From: Halomicronema sp.
GTDB lineage: Bacteria; Cyanobacteriota; Cyanobacteriia; Cyanobacteriales; Oscillatoriaceae
Direction of reading: 5' to 3'
NCBI GenBank assembly: GCA_036704045.1
Contig: DATNQM010000009.1
Coordinates: 43,563 to 75,562, forward strand
DNA length: 32,000 nt
The position numbers and the translations under genes are program-made. The notes under the pieces were generated by a model, which ran no database searches, was not told the origin of the DNA, and was given only the letters and a program-made list of their open reading frames with translations. The number at the start of each line of letters is the position of its first letter. Within the stretch, counting starts at the first letter, position 1. Shown here piece by piece: positions 24,457 to 32,000 of the stretch.

Positions 24457-26577
24457 TTAATCAAAAAATTGACCCAAGTCTATATTGAAACCCTGCCAGC
24501 TTTTATTATCCTTCAAAGACCTTTTATTTTTTTGTCTATTCAACACTTCCTCAGTCCTCAACAAAGCCTCTTTTCCTTCTTCAAAATCCGGTTTTATTAC
24601 CTCTGTTTTTTGATAAGCAATTTTCGCCTCTTCATAACGTTTTAACTGAAACAAAGCATTACCCTTGCTATACCAAGCCTGATAATCATCCGCTTTCATA
24701 TTCACTGCATTTTCATAGGACTTAACCGCTTCTTCATACCGGCCTAAATTATATAAAACATTGCCATGATTATACCAAGCCCCCGGATAACTCGACTGCA
24801 AATTTAACACTGTATTATAAGCCTCCAGGGCTTTATCAAACCGTTTTAATTGATGCCATCCCCACCCCAATTGATACCAAGTATCCCCATCATTTGAGTT
24901 TAAACTAACAGCTTTTTCATAAAACTCAACAGCCTCCTTATACTCCTGCAAATTATTTAGCGCATTGCCCAAACTTTTTAAAGCTAAATAATAATTATTG
25001 TCAAAATTCACCGCTTGTCTATAAGCTTTAACTGCCTCTTTAATTGAATCTAAACGAGTCAAAGAATTGCCCATATTGTACCAAGCTTTAGGATAATCTG
25101 GCTTAACTTCCACCGCCCTTTTATAAGAATTTACCGCCTCTTCATAGCGCTTTAAACTATGCAAAGCCCAGCCCCGTCTTTCCCAAGCTTCATATAAATT
25201 TGGCTGAAATTCTACAGCCTTATCATAGGAAACCACCGCCTCATCATAACGCTGTAACTGCAAAAGCAACTCCCCTTTTTCATACCAAATTTTTGCAGTA
25301 TTTGGCTTAATTTTTAGCCCTTGATCAAAAGCTTCAATCGCTTCATTATATTTTTTCAACTGCGCCAAAACCAAACCCCGCCCCACCCAAGCATCTAAAA
25401 AATCAGGCTGAAAATAAATAGCTTTATCAAAAGCTTCTAAAGATTCTTTATAACGCTTTAACCCATAAAAAGCCTCGGCTTGAATTTCCCACGCCTCCGC
25501 ATAATCAGGTTTTAATTCTAAGGCTTTTTCCAAAAGTGCAATAGCTTCATTTTCTCGCTTTAATTTTAACAATGTATTGGCCTGATTATATAAACCCGTT
25601 GCCGTAGAATTATTAAAATTTTTCACAGCCAAATAACCAGCCGTACTCACCCCAAATCCTAATAAAAAAAACAATGCAATTTTAATCCACAATTTTTGAA
25701 CTAATGGATTTTTAGGGGCCGAAAAATTCCCCACCGGCACTTTTGTAGAAATTCCAGATTTAATATCTTCAATAGCCTGCAAAGCCTCCCTTGCCGAAGC
25801 ATATCGCTGACGAAAATCATAGCACACCATCTTATCAATAACTCTTGCCAAATCATCACTTATTTCTATATCATCACGCCAGATAATTTCCAGAGTATTT
25901 AAATCAGTTTTAAACTGATTTGGATAACTATTTGTTAAAGCTTGAATAGCCAAAACTCCCACCGCATAAATATCACTACTGGGCTTTGGAAAACCATTTG
26001 CTTGTTCACTGGGCATATAACCAGGAGTTCCAATACTGACACTTAAATTTGTTTGCCCCAAAGCATTAAATGATTGAGTTGTAATTTGTTTGACAGCCCC
26101 AAAATCAATTAACACTAACTTTCCATCATTTTTGCGGCGAATAATATTATGAGGATTAACATCTCTGTGAATCACATTGTGGCTGTGAACAAAGGTTAAA
26201 ATTTCTAAAATTTCCCTTAATAAATTAATAACTTGTGCTTCCTTAAACCCAACACCGGCCTTTAATTCTTCAATTAAACTGCATCCATCAATAAATTCTT
26301 GAACCAAATAAAACTCGTTATTTTCCTCAAAATAAGCATACAGTTTAGGAATTTGGGGATGGCTTCCTAACTGATAAAGCATTTTTGCTTCTGTTTCAAA
26401 TAAGCGTCTAGCTGTTTCTAGCGTCGCCGGATCACTGACTTGCGGCTGAAGCTTTTTAACAACACACTTGGGGTTGTCTGGTAACTGCCGGTCTTCCGCC
26501 AGATAAGTTTGCCCAAAACCACCACCACCCAAATGATTGATAATTTGATAGCGTCCACCAATAGTTGTTTGCAGCAT
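24457..26577 (-). CDS. Ser/Thr protein kinase with TM segment and C-terminal TPR array (paralog of 7478-9727)
   Basis: LGGGGFGQTY, VVKKL, HRDVNPHNI, DFGAVK, GTPGYMPSE. One TM segment (IALFFLLGFGVSTAGYLAV) is followed by about 10 TPR units. Confidence 0.92.
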   Translation of the reverse strand: MLQTTIGGRYQIINHLGGGGFGQTYLAEDRQLPDNPKCVVKKLQPQVSDPATLETARRLFETEAKMLYQLGSHPQIPKLYAYFEENNEFYLVQEFIDGCSLIEELKAGVGFKEAQVINLLREILEILTFVHSHNVIHRDVNPHNIIRRKNDGKLVLIDFGAVKQITTQSFNALGQTNLSVSIGTPGYMPSEQANGFPKPSSDIYAVGVLAIQALTNSYPNQFKTDLNTLEIIWRDDIEISDDLARVIDKMVCYDFRQRYASAREALQAIEDIKSGISTKVPVGNFSAPKNPLVQKLWIKIALFFLLGFGVSTAGYLAVKNFNNSTATGLYNQANTLLKLKRENEAIALLEKALELKPDYAEAWEIQAEAFYGLKRYKESLEAFDKAIYFQPDFLDAWVGRGLVLAQLKKYNEAIEAFDQGLKIKPNTAKIWYEKGELLLQLQRYDEAVVSYDKAVEFQPNLYEAWERRGWALHSLKRYEEAVNSYKRAVEVKPDYPKAWYNMGNSLTRLDSIKEAVKAYRQAVNFDNNYYLALKSLGNALNNLQEYKEAVEFYEKAVSLNSNDGDTWYQLGWGWHQLKRFDKALEAYNTVLNLQSSYPGAWYNHGNVLYNLGRYEEAVKSYENAVNMKADDYQAWYSKGNALFQLKRYEEAKIAYQKTEVIKPDFEEGKEALLRTEEVLNRQKNKRSLKDNKSWQGFNIDLGQFFD

Positions 26578-26852
26578 GAGATTTGATGCCGTATTTGGTT
26601 GAATAGCAATCTGTCGTGCAATTAATCATTTTTACACACCAAAGGCTGATTAATGCCAACTCTTGCCCTAACCGCAGCCTCAACTACAGTAACATTTCTG
26701 AAAATGCTAATAAAAAACACTAAAACTTTATGATTCAAATCACGAAATTAACCGCAATTTATCACAGAAAAAACTGCTTGAAATCACTCTTTTTTTATTA
26801 TAAATAAAAGACAATAATAATTGTAAACTTATCTTGTGCTTTAGTGCTTTTT

Positions 26853-27011
26853 ATGAATACCCAACAACAAAACCAACCAATCAAACAACACGAAACCCCC
26901 GAAGAGTTACAAGCCTTAGCTAGAACCTTTATCGTCGGTATTGCTTGGTCTATGGCCGGTTTATTTGAAGAAAATAGACCGAAAACCGAACAAAAAAGAG
27001 CCGGCCCGTAA
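26853..27011 (+). CDS. Tentative 52-aa ORF (below the track cutoff)
   Basis: My manual translation is MNTQQQNQPIKQHETPEELQALARTFIVGIAWSMAGLFEENRPKTEQKRAGP*. It is followed by the agcccct-cagtacagc-aggggct hairpin (27023-27045). There is no SD and I know no homolog. Confidence 0.25.
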   Translation: MNTQQQNQPIKQHETPEELQALARTFIVGIAWSMAGLFEENRPKTEQKRAGP

Positions 27012-27135
27012 GCCCCTACCTTAGCCCCTCAGTACAGCAGGGGCTTATCTCTTTCAACACAATAAAACACAAACAAAATTACCCACCGGCTGCTAAAATA
27101 TTTCCTAACCTTTGAATCCCTCTGGCGTTGAGCAA

Positions 27136-27468
27136 ATGTCTGAGCCAATTCCATCCATCACACTACCACCGGCCCAAAACCCCCAACAAGAAGGGCAATG
27201 GTTACAAAAAACTTTGCACGAATGGCTAGATCAAGAATTCCTACCAGAAGCCATCAATCAAATTATTGCTGAACGTGCAGCCCAAATTTTTGTGCGACAT
27301 CGCATGGAAGGCGAAAATGACGTTGGCCAATTAGTCATAGCCATCGTTACCGAAATGCAAGCCTTTGATTTTTCTAAAAGCTTTTTTGGAGAATTTGCTG
27401 TTGCCAACGCCGTCAGCGATCTCCTACTGCAAAGCCTTGACATCAACCCTCGCTGTTGCGGTCAATAA
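27136..27468 (+). CDS. Hypothetical protein, 111 aa from the ATG at 27136
   Basis: The ORF has protein-like composition (MSEPIPSITLPPAQNPQQEGQWLQKTLHEWL...). I prefer the ATG at 27136 to the track's TTG at 27112. I recognise no motif; the protein ends PRCCGQ. Confidence 0.6.
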   Translation: MSEPIPSITLPPAQNPQQEGQWLQKTLHEWLDQEFLPEAINQIIAERAAQIFVRHRMEGENDVGQLVIAIVTEMQAFDFSKSFFGEFAVANAVSDLLLQSLDINPRCCGQ

Positions 27469-27497
27469 ACTTAAAATTTACCCTTGACAAAAAGTTG

Positions 27498-27540
27498 AGA
27501 TTTTGGCTTTTAGACGCAACGTCTTCTAAAAGCCAAATCT
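27498..27540. terminator. Long bidirectional hairpin between the convergent 111-aa ORF and rpsN
   Basis: agattttggcttttagacg caac gtcttctaaaagccaaatct: about a 17-bp stem with small bulges. Confidence 0.65.
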
Positions 27541-27555
27541 TATTGTGTGTTGAGA

Positions 27556-27858
27556 CTACCAGCTTGATTTGACAACGCCGGGGAGTAAACCTTGGTGTGC
27601 CATTTCACGGATAACATGGCGAGAGAGGCCAAAATCACGGTAATAGCCTCTGGGGCGTCCGCTGAACCAGCAACGGTTCCGCAAACGGGTTCTGGAACTG
27701 TCACGGGGCAGTTGTTGAATTTGCCGGTGGATTGCGATTTTTTCGTCGAGGTCGTCGGCTTGTTCAAACGCGATTTTTAAGTCTTCGCGTTTTTGAGCGT
27801 ATTTAGCAACCGTTTTTTGGCGCTTTTTTTCACGCTCAATCATGCTCTTTTTAGCCAT
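27556..27858 (-). CDS. rpsN: 30S ribosomal protein S14
   Basis: [14 protein letters not shown]...[41 protein letters not shown]: the canonical long-form S14. Confidence 0.96.
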   Translation of the reverse strand: MAKKSMIEREKKRQKTVAKYAQKREDLKIAFEQADDLDEKIAIHRQIQQLPRDSSRTRLRNRCWFSGRPRGYYRDFGLSRHVIREMAHQGLLPGVVKSSW

Positions 27859-27973
27859 GAAGGATAGGTGTAGTTTTAATTAAAGTCACTATTTCCCATC
27901 ATATTACATTTTTGAGTTAATTGTCATAGCCCTATCCACAATCTTAGGCCAGCCTCCCAGCCTAGCAAATAAC

Positions 27974-28660
27974 TTAATCAACAGCATCCAGCATTTCCGC
28001 CAAAGGTAAACCCGCACTAGGGCAGAGGTCGGCAAGATCGCAATTATCACAAAGAGGTTTGCGGGCAGTGCAGATAGCCCGTCCGTGATAGATAATACTA
28101 ATCGAAAAAATTTCCCAGTCTGTGGAGGGTAAAAGGGCCATTAAATCTCGTTCAATGCGAATAGCATCACCATATTCGGTTAGCCCCAACCGGCGTGAAA
28201 GACGCGTAACGTGGGTATCTACCGTCACACCGGCATTAATTCCGTAGGCATGGGCCAAAACCACATTAGCAGTTTTGCGCGCAACACCAGGAAGTTCTAG
28301 CAGCAACTCCATTCGCTTTGGCACTTCCCCATTGTACTTTTCCACAATCATCCGGCTTGCACCTTGAATATTTTTAGCCTTATTGTGGTAAAAGCCGGTG
28401 GAACGAATCAACGTTTCAATATCTGTAATATCAGCCGCAGCTAGACTAGCAGCATCAGGATAGCGAGCAAACAGAGCCGGAGTAACCTTATTAACTCGTT
28501 CGTCTGTACATTGGGCGGAAAGAATAGTCGCCACCAGCAGTTGGTGAGGAGTCTCGTAGTTCAGACTGCATTTAGCATCTGGGTAAAGGTTTTTAAGCCG
28601 AATCAAAATTTCTAAAGTTCTTTGCTTTAAACTAGGCTTGCGTTTTTTGCTGGTGATCAT
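27974..28660 (-). CDS. nth: Endonuclease III (DNA glycosylase/AP lyase)
   Basis: HhH-GPD region LPGVARKTANVVL with the catalytic Lys, then VDTHV Asp. The [4Fe-4S] motif is CTARKPLCDNCDLADLC (C-x6-C-x2-C-x5-C). Confidence 0.94.
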   Translation of the reverse strand: MITSKKRKPSLKQRTLEILIRLKNLYPDAKCSLNYETPHQLLVATILSAQCTDERVNKVTPALFARYPDAASLAAADITDIETLIRSTGFYHNKAKNIQGASRMIVEKYNGEVPKRMELLLELPGVARKTANVVLAHAYGINAGVTVDTHVTRLSRRLGLTEYGDAIRIERDLMALLPSTDWEIFSISIIYHGRAICTARKPLCDNCDLADLCPSAGLPLAEMLDAVD

Positions 28661-28678
28661 TGCTGCTGTGTTTTAGTG

Positions 28679-28712
28679 GGCTATCCCCACCGTCTATTAA
28701 GGGTGGGTATAG
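28679..28712. repeat. Hairpin with gctat...atagc ends and a C4/G3 core between rseP and nth
   Basis: gctatccccacc gtctattaag ggtgggtatagc: 11 bp pair with 1 mismatch. The style resembles a miniature of the dispersed element family. Confidence 0.4.
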
Positions 28713-28768
28713 CGAAAAAAGTATGCCGTTGCTTTTGCCACCGACCTCATCAGAGGGCTTAACCGAAC

Positions 28769-30121
28769 CTAGGGAAGTAACTTCTGGATAACTTCTAGTT
28801 GAGTTGTATCACGGATAATTAAAAAGATGCCCAAACCCAAAAGCAGCATCAAGCCGGTTTGCATTACGCCATCTTGGATTTTAGTAGGCAAAGGTTTTCC
28901 GCGTAAACCTTCAATGAGAAGAAACGCAAGTTGCCCGCCATCTAAAGCAGGTAACGGCAGAATATTCAACACTCCCAGGTTAATACTGATTAAAGCAGCA
29001 AACCAAAATAAATTAGTAATATCGCTTTCAGCAAGTTTGGCACCTTGTTCGACAATTTTAACCGGCCCAGCAATTTGTTCTGCCGTAGAGTTAAAATTAC
29101 TCACCAATTGTCCGAAACCTTGGAAAGTTAACACTACAATTTTTTCAAATTGTTCTGCACCGGCACCGAAAGCTTCAAAAATATTACTGGTTTTCTTTTT
29201 CACCACATTGGGCGCCAGTTGCAAAATCATCGGCTTCTTACTTTGTTCTTTTTCTTCTCTCACTTGAGTTGTGATCTGCTCATCCCCTCGCTTGATCACA
29301 ACGTCTAGGGGCTGATTTTTGACCTCTTGTATAACTTTTTGCAATTGTTGTAGGCCGGTGGTCGATTCCCCTAAAGTTTGGCCGTTTGCAGAAAGAAAAA
29401 CATCACCTTTTTGAATCGGCGTAGTGCTTGTAAGGCTTAGTTCGGGTGTCAATTGATCGACAGTCACACCAGGGCCGGTTTCATTTGGTTTGAGAATAAC
29501 ACCAATGCGACCAATTCCTTGACTATCGGCTTGGGGTACAATTGTGAGTCTTATTTTTTTCTCATTGCGCTGAATTGTGAGAGAAATGGGCTCGTTGGGA
29601 TTGGATTGTATAATTTTTTGGAAAGTTTGGACACCAGGCCGCGAGGTCGCAAGGTCTTGGCCGTCCGCAGAGAGGATAATGTCTTTGGCTTGAATGCCGG
29701 CCGCCGCCGCAACGCTGAGACTGTTGGCGATCTGCGAGACTTGCACTCCCGACTGCATTTGCTGGATACCAACCAGTCCGACATGAGCAACTAGCAGAAA
29801 ATAAGCGAAAATTAAATTGGCAATAACACCGGCACTAATAACAATTGCCCGGTCAAGAACCGGCCGGTTTCTGAGTAAATTGGGGTCATCGGTGGGAATA
29901 CTGCTTTCGGGGTCGTCGTCGGGAAAGCCGACGTAGCCTCCCAGGGGAAAACCACGCAACGCATACTCGGTTTCTGGGCCCTGATATTTCCACAATATAG
30001 GGCCGAAGCCAATAGAAAAGCGGTTAACGTGGATGCCTTGAAGTCTGGCTGCTAAAAAGTGGCCAAGTTCGTGAATGACGATTAGGAGGGCTAAAACGCC
30101 GATGGCTGCTAATACTGACAT
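28769..30121 (-). CDS. rseP: RIP (site-2) zinc metalloprotease, RseP/M50 family
   Basis: The HELGH zinc motif lies in the first TM (VIHELGHFLAAR). A central PDZ-like duplicated region and the C-terminal LNILPLPALDGG motif follow. Confidence 0.88.
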   Translation of the reverse strand: MSVLAAIGVLALLIVIHELGHFLAARLQGIHVNRFSIGFGPILWKYQGPETEYALRGFPLGGYVGFPDDDPESSIPTDDPNLLRNRPVLDRAIVISAGVIANLIFAYFLLVAHVGLVGIQQMQSGVQVSQIANSLSVAAAAGIQAKDIILSADGQDLATSRPGVQTFQKIIQSNPNEPISLTIQRNEKKIRLTIVPQADSQGIGRIGVILKPNETGPGVTVDQLTPELSLTSTTPIQKGDVFLSANGQTLGESTTGLQQLQKVIQEVKNQPLDVVIKRGDEQITTQVREEKEQSKKPMILQLAPNVVKKKTSNIFEAFGAGAEQFEKIVVLTFQGFGQLVSNFNSTAEQIAGPVKIVEQGAKLAESDITNLFWFAALISINLGVLNILPLPALDGGQLAFLLIEGLRGKPLPTKIQDGVMQTGLMLLLGLGIFLIIRDTTQLEVIQKLLP

Positions 30122-30381
30122 GAAGGGTTTTTTGCTTTTTGTGTTTTATTTTACTACTTTTATTATTATGGCAAGAAATTAAGATGATAATAAAAGTAAT
30201 ATCTACCGGGTAAAACCCTCATCAGAAATATGATGACAGTCTCAAGGGTGTTTATATTATCGGCATTGGTAATACAATTAAAGCGTACAAACTCGGCAAA
30301 TTTTTCTAAATCTTGAAACGATAAATTCTCGATGTATAAAACTTAAATATTTCTGCTTTTATTATTTTTTGCGAGTTGAAA

Positions 30382-32000
30382 ATGGCTAATTTTTCTAAAA
30401 TTTTTATTGCCTTAATTTCTGGTTCTCTGGTGGCCGGTGTTGGCGGCTTTGTTTCTCCGTCTTTTTCTCAATCTATTATTCCTGCCCAAGACGGCACCGG
30501 CACTGTTATTACTCCCCAGAATAATCAATTTAACATTACTGGCGGTAGTGTTTCTGCTGATGGGGCAAATCTTTTTCATAGTTTTAGCCAATTTAATTTA
30601 TCTCCTGGTCAAATTGCGAATTTTATTTCTAATCCAAATATCCTTAATATTTTAGGTAGAATTAATGACGGTAATCCGAGTTATATTAATGGTTTAATAC
30701 AAGTTACAGGCGGAAATTCTCAGTTATTTTTAATGAATCCAGCTGGTGTTGTTTTTGGGGCAAATGCAAGTCTAAATGTGCCGTCTTCTTTTGCGGCTAC
30801 TACGGCTACTGGTATTGGATTTAATAACGGTTTTTTTAATGCGTTTGGTGTGAATAATTATGCAGCATTAGTTGGAAATCCTAGCGCTTTTAATTTTGCT
30901 GTTCCCCAGCCAGGATCAATTGTTAATGCTGGAAATTTGAATTTAAAACCAGAAAATAATCTTATCTTGGTAGGCGGGAATGTAATTAACACCGGCATTC
31001 TTTCTTCCCCAGGTGGAAATGTTAGTCTCACTGCTGTTCCTGGGAATAATTCTGTAACAATTATTCAACAAGGAAGAATTTTAAGTTTGGAAATTGTCCC
31101 TAATTCTCTTCCTGTTTCAACGCCAATTACACCTTTATCTTTACCTCAATTATTAACCGGCCCCAACACAGAGAACACTGCCCAAAGTTTGATAGTAAAT
31201 GAAAATGGCGATGTAGTTTTAGTTCAAAAAAATATAGTAATACCCAGAGATTCTAGGGTGAATGTTGCCCCTGGAAATATCAATGTTTTATCTCCATCTA
31301 TTAACGGAAATATAAGTATTTTAGGCAACAATGTAGAGCAATTAAATGCCCCAACAAACTTAAATCCAGTGCCAATAAATAGTCAGCCTGCCGGTGAAAT
31401 ACCTCCTTTGCCTAATGTTCCTCCACCGGCACCTCCAGCCAGCATTAACCCGGAAGTTCCTAACCCTAATAATACCAATAATGTTCCTCCACCGGCACCT
31501 CCAGCCAGCATTAACCCGGAAGTTTCTAACCCCAATAATGCCAACTCCACCGGTGTATTACCTCCTCCCCCTCCCCCTTCTCCTCTTCCTTCTCCTTCGC
31601 AACCAGGCAATGTAATACAAACTATTACTGCTGTCAATTATCCTACAAATATTAACCCTACCAATGTTTTGCCAGCAAATATTAATCCTACCAATGTTTT
31701 GCCTATAAATGGGAATATTTTAACTATTAATAACCTTGGAAACCCCGGAAATATAAGTATTAATCCCCCAGTAAATATTGGTAATGGAAACCCCGGAAAT
31801 ATAAGTATTAATCCCCCAGTAAATCTTCCAGGCGCGGGAAATCTACCTGGTAAAATAGGGTCTGGAGGTATTCGCATTCCCCGTAACTCAAACGGAGAAC
31901 CTCAACCAAGAAATTCTAACAATAACCCTGCCAATAATCAAATCATTGAAAGAAGAAATCAACCAGATAAAAACCGGGAAGATAACCCAGTTGAAACCGT
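30382..32000 (+). CDS. Secreted TPS-domain (filamentous haemagglutinin N-terminal domain) exoprotein, 3' end beyond the window
   Basis: Not in the ORF track because no stop occurs. I translated 30382-32000 codon by codon and found no stop. It starts with a signal peptide (MANFSKIFIALISGSLVAGVGGFVSPSFSQS). TPS motifs follow: ANLFHSFSQFNL, ILGRINDGNPSYINGLIQV, LFLMNPAGVVFG. A Pro/Asn-rich repeat region comes next. Confidence 0.87.
   Translation, partial: MANFSKIFIALISGSLVAGVGGFVSPSFSQSIIPAQDGTGTVITPQNNQFNITGGSVSADGANLFHSFSQFNLSPGQIANFISNPNILNILGRINDGNPSYINGLIQVTGGNSQLFLMNPAGVVFGANASLNVPSSFAATTATGIGFNNGFFNAFGVNNYAALVGNPSAFNFAVPQPGSIVNAGNLNLKPENNLILVGGNVINTGILSSPGGNVSLTAVPGNNSVTIIQQGRILSLEIVPNSLPVSTPITPLSLPQLLTGPNTENTAQSLIVNENGDVVLVQKNIVIPRDSRVNVAPGNINVLSPSINGNISILGNNVEQLNAPTNLNPVPINSQPAGEIPPLPNVPPPAPPASINPEVPNPNNTNNVPPPAPPASINPEVSNPNNANSTGVLPPPPPPSPLPSPSQPGNVIQTITAVNYPTNINPTNVLPANINPTNVLPINGNILTINNLGNPGNISINPPVNIGNGNPGNISINPPVNLPGAGNLPGKIGSGGIRIPRNSNGEPQPRNSNNNPANNQIIERRNQPDKNREDNPVET
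31414..31545 (+). repeat. In-frame tandem duplication, 2 x 66 bp (NVPPPAPPASINPEV[P/S]NPNN[T/A]N)
   Basis: Copies at 31414-31479 and 31480-31545 differ at 4 positions. Confidence 0.9.
31648..31707 (+). repeat. In-frame tandem duplication, 2 x 30 bp (NINPTNVLP[A/I])
   Basis: Copies at 31648-31677 and 31678-31707 are nearly identical. Confidence 0.9.
31738..31833 (+). repeat. In-frame tandem duplication, 2 x 48 bp (GNPGNISINPPVN...)
   Basis: The first 39 nt of each copy (31738-31776 and 31786-31824) are identical. Confidence 0.9.

Noticed and set aside
26418-26683. ORFs 26418-26621(-) and 26456-26683(-) at the 5' end of the second kinase gene
   Set aside because: These are alternative frames overlapping the kinase N-terminus, which has the canonical glycine loop in its own frame.
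27258-27780. ORFs 27258-27446(-), 27540-27767(-) and 27592-27780(+)
   Set aside because: They are antisense to or out of frame with the 111-aa ORF and rpsN. The S14 frame is unambiguous.
28827-30012. ORFs 28827-29267(+), 29453-29794(+), 29551-29790(-) and 29812-30012(-) within rseP
   Set aside because: They are shadow frames of the M50 protease gene, which has HELGH and LDG motifs.
30169-30342. 58-codon stop-free minus-strand frame (..YIENLSFQDLEKFAEFVRFNCITNADNINTLETVIIF..) in the rseP/TPS divergent spacer, a possible gene remnant
   Set aside because: It has no usable start codon until codon 41 and an in-frame TAA lies immediately upstream. AT-rich DNA can give such frames by chance, and I recognise no family.
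30437-31877. ORFs 30437-30655(+), 31383-31637(-), 31394-31615(+) and 31638-31877(-)
   Set aside because: They are out of frame with or antisense to the TPS exoprotein frame. The Gly-rich and Pro-rich peptides simply mirror the Pro/Asn repeat region.
1-32000. Scan for tRNA/rRNA genes, CRISPR arrays, HIP1 octamers and transposase, integrase or phage genes
   Set aside because: I saw no T-arm-like GGTTCGAnTCC contexts with acceptor pairing, no regularly spaced direct repeats, no GCGATCGC, and no ORF with recombinase or phage motifs. This by-eye scan is not exhaustive.

Overview
This is a 32-kb chromosomal segment, roughly 38-40% GC by eye. Its gene content (SbtA/SbtB-type pair, fused modBC, DUF1400 protein, two Ser/Thr kinases with TPR tails, fasciclin proteins, haemagglutinin-type TPS exoprotein) points to a cyanobacterium, probably filamentous; this is an inference. 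I support 26 protein-coding genes plus 2 tentative small ORFs that fall below the ORF-track cutoff. In order they are: partial sensor histidine kinase, rlmN, a hidden 57-aa zinc-ribbon ORF, an SbtA-family permease with a PII-like SbtB-type partner, a GT2-TPR glycosyltransferase, a GlsB/YeaQ-type membrane protein, Ser/Thr kinase-TPR, a DUF1400 protein, three tandem fasciclin (FAS1) genes, a GST-family protein, a stand-alone HerA-like ATPase, serS, modA and fused modBC, a TroA/ZnuA/MntC-family metal ABC transporter (binding protein divergent from ATPase and permease), a 476-aa membrane-anchored unknown, a second kinase-TPR paralog, a tentative 52-aa ORF, a 111-aa unknown, rpsN, nth, rseP, and a TPS-domain exoprotein that runs off the 3' end and is absent from the ORF track. 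I saw no rRNA, tRNA, CRISPR array, transposase, integrase or phage gene. The non-genic structure includes a family of small palindromic elements with C-run/G-run cores, two of which share conserved ends in opposite orientation. It also includes a 116-bp-period duplicated G-rich element inside the mod operon, several intrinsic terminators sharing a CCCGGT/ACCGGG stem, and a window-wide excess of CCGG (mostly RCCGGY), with no HIP1 (GCGATCGC) seen. I do not see a convincing new multi-gene system or a defence-island signature. The best leads are the compact SbtA/SbtB-like pair behind an unusually long repeat-laden leader, the orphan HerA-like ATPase, the 476-aa unknown, the truncated TPS exoprotein, and the CCGG/repeat landscape.
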